A stretch of 64,000 bases of DNA, taken from assembly GCA_964649185.1 (NCBI GenBank), contig CAZYOO010000001.1, positions 34,465 through 98,464 of the forward strand, given 5' to 3'. The position numbers and the translations under genes are program-made. A model generated the notes under the pieces. It had not been told where the DNA came from, searched no databases, and was given only the letters and a program-made list of their open reading frames with translations. This document shows, piece by piece, positions 37,917 to 45,629 of this stretch. Position 1 is the stretch's first letter; each line of letters begins with the position of its first letter. This DNA is from an uncultured Dehalococcoidales bacterium. GTDB taxonomy: Bacteria; Chloroflexota; Dehalococcoidia; E44-bin15.

Positions 37917-38918
37917 ATGAAGTGGAACACCAGGGCAACCCGGCTGCTCGGCAGCCGATACCCCATCATCCAGGGGGCCTTCGGCGGCTTCGGGCGTTCG
38001 GATCTGGCGGCGCCGGTATCTGCCGCTGGCGGGTTCGGCATAATCACCGCCAGTGCCCTGCGAACACCGGAACGGCTGCGGGAGGATATCCGGAGGGCGC
38101 GCTCTGTTACCGATGCGCCCTTCGGCGTGAACCTGTCGATAGGCCTGTGCCCCAGCGTCGATGGGATGCGGGAGGTGGCCATAGAGGAGCGGGTCCCGGT
38201 CATCTTCACCTCTGCATACCGCGCCGACAACCACGGGAGGCGCATACAGGAGGCCGGACTCAAGTGGGTGCATAAAGTGGCCTCGGTACAGCACGCCATC
38301 GCCGCCGAGAGGCAGGGTGCCGACGCCGTTGTTATCGTCGGCCTGGAGGGCACCGCCTTCAAGAGCATACACCAGCTGCCCACGCTGGTGAGCATCACCA
38401 CCGCCGTCAGGCAGATGCGGATACCAATAATCGCCGCCGGCGGCATCGGCGATTCCCGCGGTTTCCTCGCCGCCCTGGCGATGGGTGCGGAGGGCATATA
38501 CATGGGCACCCGCTTCCTCGCTACCGATGAGTGTCCTATATCGATCCGTCACAAGCAGGCACTGGTAGATGCGCAGCCGTGGGACAAGGATTACCGCGAG
38601 CGTGCCCTGACCCCGCCTGACCCCGAGGAGTATGAGAAGCTGCTGGGGAAAAGGGGTGACATGCCCATGGACCAGTGGCTCCAGCACCTGGAGCAGATGA
38701 TGTTCAAGCGCTCGCCGGAAGGTGAGATAGACTGGGACAGCGGCATCGACGTGGAGGTGGCGCTGCGGATAGCCGGCGGTTCGCTGGCGGTGGGGGTCAT
38801 CGACAGCGTGATGCCGGTTAAGGATTTGACCGACTCGATCATCGGCGGGGCAGAGGACATGCTCGGCAGCGGGGGCGATTTAGGGAGACTGGTAGAAAAG
38901 ACAGATAACCATCGATAG
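37917..38918 (+). CDS. Nitronate monooxygenase / 2-nitropropane dioxygenase-family FMN enzyme (FabK-like)
   Basis: 333 aa, RYPIIQGAFGGFG…GFGIITA…IIAAGGIGDSRG… The N-terminal 195 codons of the track ORF are antisense to pcm. The true start is ATG 37917, which has a GGAGG RBS. Confidence 0.65.
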   Translation: MKWNTRATRLLGSRYPIIQGAFGGFGRSDLAAPVSAAGGFGIITASALRTPERLREDIRRARSVTDAPFGVNLSIGLCPSVDGMREVAIEERVPVIFTSAYRADNHGRRIQEAGLKWVHKVASVQHAIAAERQGADAVVIVGLEGTAFKSIHQLPTLVSITTAVRQMRIPIIAAGGIGDSRGFLAALAMGAEGIYMGTRFLATDECPISIRHKQALVDAQPWDKDYRERALTPPDPEEYEKLLGKRGDMPMDQWLQHLEQMMFKRSPEGEIDWDSGIDVEVALRIAGGSLAVGVIDSVMPVKDLTDSIIGGAEDMLGSGGDLGRLVEKTDNHR

Positions 38919-38929
38919 GAGGCATCGTT

Positions 38930-39439
38930 ATGGGAGAGCAAACGGATATCGAAAAGAGGGTAGGCATATTGGAGGACGTGGAGGCGATAAAGAGGCTGAA
39001 GCACCGCTACCTGCACTGTCTCGACGGCAAGCGGTGGGGGGATCTGGAGCAATGCCTGGCTGCGGATGTCAGGGCCAGCTTCATGGGCGGGGCGATGAAA
39101 TACGATGGCCGGGATGAGCTCATGGAGTTCTACCGGACGTCTCTGCCCCCCTCCCGCATCACCGCCCACATGGGGCACCACCCCCAGATTGATGTCACCG
39201 GCGACGGTATCGCAAAGGGAACGTGGGAGGTCAAGACCTACCTGATCGAGACGGAGATCAACCTGTCGCTGGGCGGCATGAGCGTGTTCAACGAAGAATA
39301 CGTGAAACAGGATGGCGAGTGGAGGATCAAGTCTATGTATTGCTACCGTGTCTACGAGGAGATGTGGAATCGAAACGACATCGCCAGCCTGAAACTGAGC
39401 CAGCTGTACAAATTCGATAAACCCGGAGAGGCGGAATAA
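38930..39439 (+). CDS. NTF2-like (SnoaL_4 / BaiE-like) protein, paralogue 1
   Basis: 169 aa, DVEAIKRLKHRYLHCLDGKRWGDLE…AHMGHHPQIDVTGD…VKQDGEWRIK. Confidence 0.6.
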   Translation: MGEQTDIEKRVGILEDVEAIKRLKHRYLHCLDGKRWGDLEQCLAADVRASFMGGAMKYDGRDELMEFYRTSLPPSRITAHMGHHPQIDVTGDGIAKGTWEVKTYLIETEINLSLGGMSVFNEEYVKQDGEWRIKSMYCYRVYEEMWNRNDIASLKLSQLYKFDKPGEAE

Positions 39440-39467
39440 TCACTAGCGAATAAGGAGGTCGCAGACT

Positions 39468-39914
39468 ATGGCTGACATCACCGAGCTGGATAAACAGGTC
39501 AGGGTGCTTTCCGATATTGAAGCCATCCGCAGGCTCAAGGCTAAATACTTCCGCTGCGTCGACCTCAACCTGTGGAACGAGATGTCGGAGGTATTCACCG
39601 ATGATGCTACCGCGGACTACGGCCCCGACATCAAGCTGGAGGGAAGGGAAGCCATCATCGATTTCCTCAAGAACACCGTGGGGCGTGATAACTTCACCAC
39701 CGCACATCACGGCCACAATGCCGAGATCGACATCACCGGCGAGGCCACGGCGCGGGCGAGGTGGGCGCTGCAGGACCGGCTGATCATCACCGGCATATCG
39801 ACGCTCACCGGCTGGGGCTACTATGACGAGGAGTACGTTAAACGGGACGGCATCTGGCGCATAAAGAGCACCGCCATATCGCGCCTGCTCGAAGAGTGGA
39901 CCCAGACCGAGTGA
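39468..39914 (+). CDS. NTF2-like (SnoaL_4 / BaiE-like) protein, paralogue 2
   Basis: 148 aa, DIEAIRRLKAKYFRCVDLNLWNEM…AHHGHNAEIDITGE…VKRDGIWRIK. Confidence 0.6.
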   Translation: MADITELDKQVRVLSDIEAIRRLKAKYFRCVDLNLWNEMSEVFTDDATADYGPDIKLEGREAIIDFLKNTVGRDNFTTAHHGHNAEIDITGEATARARWALQDRLIITGISTLTGWGYYDEEYVKRDGIWRIKSTAISRLLEEWTQTE

Positions 39915-39932
39915 TATCACCCTTATCGAGGT

Positions 39933-40667
39933 TTGCGGGTGGCTGAGTATTTCATAGGTACCAGCGGATGGGTGTACCCCCACTGGCGCGGCACGTTCTA
40001 CCCCCAGAAGCTGCCTCAGGCCCAGTGGCTGCAGTATTACGCCGAGCATTTCCCCACCGTCGAGATCAATAACAGCTTCTACCGCCTGCCCACGGAGCAG
40101 GCGTTCCAGGGATGGCACAGCAAGTCGCCCGACGGCTTCCGCTACTCGGTTAAGGCCAGCCGCTTCATCACCCACGTCAAGCGGCTCAAGAACGTCGCCG
40201 AGCCGGTGGAGACTTTCCTGTCGCGGGCGCGCCAGCTCGACGACAAGCTGGGCCCGATGCTATTCCAACTGCCCCCCGGCCTCAAACGCGATGACGAAAG
40301 GCTGGAAAGCTTTCTGTCGATGCTGCCCCGACGGTTCCGATACGTGATCGAGTTCCGCCACGAGTCGTGGTTGGAGGACGCCGTTTTCGACATGCTGCGC
40401 CGCTATAACGCCGGCATCTGCGTGTTCGATATGCCGGAACTCGCCTGCCCGTTGCTGGCGACGGCCGACTTCGCCTACATCCGCTTCCACGGTTCCAGCG
40501 GTCTGTACAGCAGCCGCTACAGCGATGAGGAGCTCGACAGTTGGACATTGAAGATAGCGGGGCTTGCCAAAGGCAAGGAAGAGGTATACATTTATTTCAA
40601 CAACGACTTCGAGTGCTTCGCTATAGAGAATGCAAAGACGTTGACCCGCAAGCTGAATGAACTGTAG
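39933..40667 (+). CDS. DUF72 (YecE-like) protein
   Basis: FIGTSGWVYPHWRGTFYPQKLPQAQWLQYYAEHFPTVEINNSFY is the DUF72 signature. Confidence 0.75.
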   Translation: MRVAEYFIGTSGWVYPHWRGTFYPQKLPQAQWLQYYAEHFPTVEINNSFYRLPTEQAFQGWHSKSPDGFRYSVKASRFITHVKRLKNVAEPVETFLSRARQLDDKLGPMLFQLPPGLKRDDERLESFLSMLPRRFRYVIEFRHESWLEDAVFDMLRRYNAGICVFDMPELACPLLATADFAYIRFHGSSGLYSSRYSDEELDSWTLKIAGLAKGKEEVYIYFNNDFECFAIENAKTLTRKLNEL

Positions 40668-40680
40668 AGGGAGGGACACC

Positions 40681-41124
40681 ATGTCGGACATCGAGAGACG
40701 GATCCAGGCGCTGGAGGACATCGAGGCCATCAAGAAGCTTAAGGGCAAGTATATCCGCTGTCTCGATAAGAACCTGTGGGACGAGATGGGGGAGTGCTTT
40801 GCCGAGGACGCCGAGGCCCACTATGGCGAGAACCTGGACTTCAACAACAAGCAGGCGATACTCGACTTCCTGAAGGGCACCATCGGCCGCGATGACTTCA
40901 TCAGCTCCCACGAGTGCCACGTGCCGGAGATAGAGATAACCGGCGACACAACGGCACGGGCCTTGTGGAAGATGCACGACTACCTGTTCATCCAGCCCAA
41001 CTCCACTATGACCGGCTGGGCGTACTACGACGAGCAGTACGTTAAGGTCGATGGTCAGTGGAAGATAAAGGTGATAGGCTACACCCGCGACTTCGAGGAG
41101 TGGGTGATGAAGAAGGCGGCCTGA
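40681..41124 (+). CDS. NTF2-like (SnoaL_4 / BaiE-like) protein, paralogue 3
   Basis: MSDIERRIQALEDIEAIKKLKGKYIRCLDKNLWDEM…SHECHVPEIEITGD…VKVDGQWKIK. The true start is ATG 40681, which has a GGAGGG RBS. Confidence 0.6.
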   Translation: MSDIERRIQALEDIEAIKKLKGKYIRCLDKNLWDEMGECFAEDAEAHYGENLDFNNKQAILDFLKGTIGRDDFISSHECHVPEIEITGDTTARALWKMHDYLFIQPNSTMTGWAYYDEQYVKVDGQWKIKVIGYTRDFEEWVMKKAA

Positions 41125-41142
41125 TCCGCAGGGCTAATCCGG

Positions 41143-42987
41143 CTACAGATATTCCTTGACCTTGTGCGCCAGGGTTCTGGTCATGCCGGGGACCGCCGCT
41201 ATGTCGTCTATGCCCGCCTCCCGTATCGCCTTCACCGAGCCGAACTTCCGCAGCAGCGCCCTCTTCCGCTTGGGGCCCACGCCCGGCACGTTGTCCAGCG
41301 CCGAGCCCATGGAGCGGCGGCTCCGCTCCTTGCGATGATAGCTGACGGCGAAGCGGTGCGCCTCGTCCCGGATGCGCTGCAGCAGGTGTAGTGCATCCGA
41401 GTCACGGGGAAGTACGATCGGCTCCGGCAGGCCACGCCGGAATATCTCCTCATTCTCCTTGGCGATGGCGGCCACGGGGATGAAGTTGACCTCCATCTCC
41501 TCCATTATGTCTAGTGCAGCGCTCAGGTGACCCCTTCCGCCATCGATTAATACCAGGTCTGGGATGATACCCCACGGGCTTTCATCTTTACCTTGCCCAT
41601 GAGCAACAGACTTCCCCCATACCACCCTTTTGAAGCGCCGCCTGAGCACCTCCTGCATCTTGGCATAGTCATCCGCCCCCTCGACCGTCTTGATGCGGAA
41701 GCGCCGGTAGTGCGCCTTCTTCGGCTGTCCGCCCTCGAACACCACCATGCTGCCCACCGCCGATGTACCGCTTATATCCGAGATATCGTAGCACTCTATT
41801 CGATTGGGGATCTGGGGCAGATTCAGTGCGCTCTGCATCTTAGACAATGCACCAGCGGCATCCTGCTCGCAAATCCTGGCGGCCATCATCTGCTCAAGGC
41901 TCTGTCTCGCATTCTCCGCCACCATATCCACCAGCTTCCTTTTCTCTCCACGCAGCGGGGACCGGAGCCTGACACCACTGCCCCTCCTGCTCGACAGCCA
42001 TTCCTCCAGCAACATAGAATCCTCCGGCAGATGCTGAAGCAATATCAGCGGCGGCACATATGTCGCCGAGCTGTAGAACTGGTTCAAAAAGCCTGACATC
42101 ACCCAGTCCGGCGCCTCGTCGCGGACACCCTGTACCACGAAGTGGTCGCGCTCCACCAGCCTGCCGCCGCGGATGAAGAACACCTCCACAATTGCCTGTT
42201 CCCGGTGCTGCGCCAGCGCAATGATATCCTGGTCACCCCTTTCGATCGACGTTATCTTCTGGTGCTCGGTCACCATCTGCACCGAGCGCAGCTGATCGCG
42301 GAGCAAGGCTGCGCGCTCATATTCCATACACGCCGAGGCTGCCAGCATATCCCCCCTCAATTTCCTGACCACGCCTTCCTGCTTGCCCTCAAGGAACATT
42401 ATCACCTGATCTATGATATCCCGGTAATCATCTCTGGTGATCTCCCCGACGCACGGCCCGGCGCAACGGTGGATATGATACTCCAAACAGGGCCTGTAAT
42501 CGGTCCCGGTGATCTCCTTGCGGCATGAGCGGAAAGGGAAAAGCTGTTTCAGCAGGTTTAACGCCCTTCTCACCGAGGTGGCACTGGCGTAGGGCCCGAA
42601 GTAACGGCTGCCGTCCTGCTCCATGCGTCTGGTGATGTAGACCCGCGGCCAGTCATCCTGGATATCGATCTTAAGGTAGGGGTATGTCTTATCGTCCTTT
42701 AACCTGACGTTGTAACGCGGACGATACTTCTTGATGAGATTGCATTCCAGTATCAGTGCTTCCTGTTCCGAGTCGGTGACGAAAAACTCGAAATCGCTGA
42801 CCTGTGGAACCAGCTTGCGCAGCTTGTTGGTGAGGCTGGCCGAGGCGGAGAAGTAGCTTCTCACACGGCTATTGAGGTCGGATGCCTTGCCGGCATACAG
42901 CACATTGCCCGAAGTGTCCCGGAACAGATACACCCCCGGCTTATGGGGCAGGGACTTGAGCCGTTCTTTCAAGCTCGGCGCTCCCAT
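41143..42987 (-). CDS. uvrC: Excinuclease ABC subunit C
   Basis: 614 aa with an N-terminal GIY-YIG (GVYLFRDTSGNVLYAGKA), a UvrBC-binding domain, and a C-terminal endonuclease/HhH. Confidence 0.9.
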   Translation of the reverse strand: MGAPSLKERLKSLPHKPGVYLFRDTSGNVLYAGKASDLNSRVRSYFSASASLTNKLRKLVPQVSDFEFFVTDSEQEALILECNLIKKYRPRYNVRLKDDKTYPYLKIDIQDDWPRVYITRRMEQDGSRYFGPYASATSVRRALNLLKQLFPFRSCRKEITGTDYRPCLEYHIHRCAGPCVGEITRDDYRDIIDQVIMFLEGKQEGVVRKLRGDMLAASACMEYERAALLRDQLRSVQMVTEHQKITSIERGDQDIIALAQHREQAIVEVFFIRGGRLVERDHFVVQGVRDEAPDWVMSGFLNQFYSSATYVPPLILLQHLPEDSMLLEEWLSSRRGSGVRLRSPLRGEKRKLVDMVAENARQSLEQMMAARICEQDAAGALSKMQSALNLPQIPNRIECYDISDISGTSAVGSMVVFEGGQPKKAHYRRFRIKTVEGADDYAKMQEVLRRRFKRVVWGKSVAHGQGKDESPWGIIPDLVLIDGGRGHLSAALDIMEEMEVNFIPVAAIAKENEEIFRRGLPEPIVLPRDSDALHLLQRIRDEAHRFAVSYHRKERSRRSMGSALDNVPGVGPKRKRALLRKFGSVKAIREAGIDDIAAVPGMTRTLAHKVKEYL

Positions 42988-43002
42988 TGATGCCTGCCCC
43001 GC

Positions 43003-43335
43003 TCATAGGATGAGCGCTAGGATTATGAGGAGGACTATCAGCGGGCCGGCGATGATGGCGATGGTGCGCAGGTCCTTGATGACGTAGTGGTAGCGAGCAG
43101 CTTCCCTTGATTCGTTGCGGACAGGCTGCGGGCTGGTGGCGGTTACCGGCATAGCCACATCGCTGGAGACAGGCTCCGATTTGGGCCCTGCAGCAGGATC
43201 AGTGGCGTCAGCGGCGTCCGGAGGCGCGGTGTAGGATACGGGGCGCTTCTCGACGGCTTGAACCTTCTTCCTGTGTTTGCGCTCCTTGCCTACCGCCGCC
43301 TGTCTCGATGCTATACGATGTGACTTCTTGGCCAT
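43003..43335 (-). CDS. Hypothetical tail-anchored protein (basic N-terminus, Pro/Ala-rich middle, C-terminal TM)
   Basis: 110 aa, MAKKSHRIASRQAAVGKERKHRKK…IAIIAGPLIVLLIILALIL. Confidence 0.45.
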   Translation of the reverse strand: MAKKSHRIASRQAAVGKERKHRKKVQAVEKRPVSYTAPPDAADATDPAAGPKSEPVSSDVAMPVTATSPQPVRNESREAARYHYVIKDLRTIAIIAGPLIVLLIILALIL

Positions 43336-43337
43336 GA

Positions 43338-43544
43338 TTAATCAACCCTGGTTACCCTTCCGTTTTTAACCATACAGCTTACCCTGTTGTTCATGTGCGT
43401 CATCGCCCAATCGACGCTGACCTCGCAATCCAGGGGCATCTTGGTATATTGCCCCATGACATCCAACACGATGACCGGGCCATTCCCCCCATCCCGGATG
43501 CCGATGAGCGTGCCTGAAATGAACTCGGGTCTGCCTTCACTCAT
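43338..43544 (-). CDS. Hypothetical small protein (68 aa)
   Basis: MSEGRPEFISGTLIGIRDGGNGPVIVLDVMGQYTKMPLDCEVSVDW…; no family recognised. Confidence 0.4.
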   Translation of the reverse strand: MSEGRPEFISGTLIGIRDGGNGPVIVLDVMGQYTKMPLDCEVSVDWAMTHMNNRVSCMVKNGRVTRVD

Positions 43545-43550
43545 TCCGAT

Positions 43551-43730
43551 CTACTCGTAGGCGGGCTTTCCGTATTCCCGCTCGTATGCCCGGCACATCG
43601 GGCAGTATTTACGCTCCAGGTGCTTAACTGACCATCGGGCGACCCCGCCCTTATCTCTTGCCCTCTTGCACCAGGGGCAATCGTCTTTACAGAATTCGGC
43701 CATTCTGGATGGTTCGTCTGTATGGCTCAT
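43551..43730 (-). CDS. Small C4 zinc-ribbon protein (58 aa), absent from the ORF track because it is under 60 aa
   Basis: Hand translation gives MSHTDEPSRMAEFCKDDCPWCKRARDKGGVARWSVKHLERKYCPMCRAYEREYGKPAYE, with CPWC…x21…CPMC. Its ATG immediately follows the xerC stop (TAGATG). Confidence 0.45.
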   Translation of the reverse strand: MSHTDEPSRMAEFCKDDCPWCKRARDKGGVARWSVKHLERKYCPMCRAYEREYGKPAYE

Positions 43731-44648
43731 CTACTCCCCCTTGGCCCTGGGGTGCGCCTTATCGTATGCCTGGCGCACATGCTCGCTGGTGAGGTGAGTG
43801 TAGATCTGGGTCGAGGAGATGTTGGCGTGGCCCAGCAACTCCTGCACCGCCCTCAGGTCGGCCCCGCCGCTGAGGACATGCGTGGCGAAGCTATGCCGCA
43901 ACGTGTGGGGGGTTACCGGCCTGTTTATGCCCGCTGCCTTGGCATATCCCTTGAGGATCAGCCAGAAGCCCTGCCGCGTTAGCCTCTCGCCGCGTCGATT
44001 CAGGAACAATGCCTTCTCCCCATCCTTATCCCCCAGCAGCTTAACTCGGGCGCCCTCGATATACTCCCTGACAGCCTCTACCGCTTTCCGGTGAATTGGA
44101 ATCACCCGTTCCTTGGAACCCTTCCCGAAACAGCGAACGAACTCCGCTTCCAGATTCACATCGTTCACATCCAGGGCGATAAGCTCTGAAACCCTCATGC
44201 CGCCGGCATAGAGCAGTTCCATCATTGCCGTGTCCCGCTTCCCCTCCAGCGTATCACGCTTGGCCGGTTCGGCCAGCAGCGCCTCGACCTCCGACGGCGA
44301 CAGGGGTTTGGGCAGGGACTTCCCTACCTTGGGTGACGTTATATTCTCCGTGGGGTCGCTGCGCAGCACCCCGTCGGCCAGCAGAAAATCGAAAAAGGAC
44401 TTAACCGCTGCCACCTTGCGGGCGACGGTAGACGGGGCGTAGTTCCTCTCCTTCAAATCCAGGATGTAGTTGATGAGCAAATTGCGATCCACTGCGGCCC
44501 ACTGCGGCGGTTGCCCCCCGGCGGATGCGTGATCGGTCACGAAATCAGCCAGCTGATACAGGTCGTTCCTGTAGGCCTCTACGGTGTTCCCCGAGAACCC
44601 CTTCTCCATCGAAAGATGATTCAGGAAGCTGTGGATTCCATCTCGCAT
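43731..44648 (-). CDS. Tyrosine recombinase XerC/XerD family
   Basis: 305 aa with an N-terminal SAM-like domain, and the catalytic R…HxxR…Y region (…HTLRHSFATHVL…GHANISSTQIYTHL). Confidence 0.85.
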   Translation of the reverse strand: MRDGIHSFLNHLSMEKGFSGNTVEAYRNDLYQLADFVTDHASAGGQPPQWAAVDRNLLINYILDLKERNYAPSTVARKVAAVKSFFDFLLADGVLRSDPTENITSPKVGKSLPKPLSPSEVEALLAEPAKRDTLEGKRDTAMMELLYAGGMRVSELIALDVNDVNLEAEFVRCFGKGSKERVIPIHRKAVEAVREYIEGARVKLLGDKDGEKALFLNRRGERLTRQGFWLILKGYAKAAGINRPVTPHTLRHSFATHVLSGGADLRAVQELLGHANISSTQIYTHLTSEHVRQAYDKAHPRAKGE

Positions 44649-44756
44649 ACCTGCTCCTCCATCAACCCGGACAGACCCATTTTAACATAACTTGGAGAAT
44701 TCTAACACATCTTCCACTAAAATGCACCAGCCGATATGCTCATTTCCACCAGTTGC

Positions 44757-44786
44757 TTGACATCCAGCGCAGTGCCAACGTAGAAT
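44757..44786 (+). promoter_or_regulatory. σ70-type promoter TTGACA-N18-TAGAAT placed 6 nt upstream of the lgt ATG (leaderless transcript)
   Basis: TTGACAtccagcgcagtgccaacgTAGAATgccctaATG. Confidence 0.5.
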
Positions 44787-44792
44787 GCCCTA

Positions 44793-45629
44793 ATGTCGCT
44801 ATTATCCATAGAGATAGGTTTCGACCCCATCATCTTCAATCTCGGTAGCCTGGAGATAGGATGGCACGGGGTCATGGTCGTCCTCGCCGTCCTCACCGGC
44901 ATCGGCGTTTCGATGTGGCAGGCCAAGGGCTCGGATATCAAGAGGGAGACCATCTTCAGCCTGGCCCCGTGGGCGGTGCTGGGGGGCATCATCGGCGCCA
45001 GGCTGTTCCATGTCATAGACTATTTCGGCAGCACCTATATTCACGATCCGGCCAGGATATTCCATTTCTGGGCCGGTTTGTCCATTCTGGGGGCGATACT
45101 GGGTGGCACGCTGGCAGCCGCCATTTACGCTAGGGTAACCCGAATCTCGCTGGCCCGCCTGGCCGATGTTGTCACTCCGGGGCTGCTGCTGGCCCAGGCG
45201 GTAGGACGAATCGGTTGCACTATAAATGGCGATGCCTACGGCAAGCCCACCACGCTTCCATGGGGGCTGGTCTATACCCACCCCAACGCCGGATCGACCA
45301 CCATCCTCGGTGTTGCCGGGCATCCGTCCCCGGTCTATGAGATACTGCTGGACCTGTTGATATTTCCCCTCATCTGGAAGCTCAGAGGGAGGCTCAAGCC
45401 GGAGGGGTCGCTGTTCCTGCTGTATCTCTGCCTTTACTCGGCGGGGCGCTTCGCTATCGAGTTCACCCGCTATGTCGGTAGCGGGCAGATCAATGTCGGC
45501 GGAGTGCTGCACGCACCTCACTTCATTACCATTGCCACATTTGCGGTGTGCCTCACCCTGCTGATACGCAATATGAGACGGGCGAAGTCGCTACCCGGAG
45601 GGGGCGAAATCGAGGACATTCAACTGTAG
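44793..45629 (+). CDS. lgt: Prolipoprotein diacylglyceryl transferase
   Basis: 278 aa, …GWHGVMVVLAV…GARLFHVIDY…AQAVGRIGCTINGDAYGKPT…. Confidence 0.9.
   Translation: MSLLSIEIGFDPIIFNLGSLEIGWHGVMVVLAVLTGIGVSMWQAKGSDIKRETIFSLAPWAVLGGIIGARLFHVIDYFGSTYIHDPARIFHFWAGLSILGAILGGTLAAAIYARVTRISLARLADVVTPGLLLAQAVGRIGCTINGDAYGKPTTLPWGLVYTHPNAGSTTILGVAGHPSPVYEILLDLLIFPLIWKLRGRLKPEGSLFLLYLCLYSAGRFAIEFTRYVGSGQINVGGVLHAPHFITIATFAVCLTLLIRNMRRAKSLPGGGEIEDIQL

Noticed and set aside
43731-44648. XerC/D-like recombinase as evidence of a prophage or integrative element
   Set aside because: There are no phage, transposase or att-like repeats nearby, and the neighbours (lgt, uvrC) are housekeeping genes. It is treated as a chromosomal Xer-type recombinase, though the odd small-gene operon is flagged separately.
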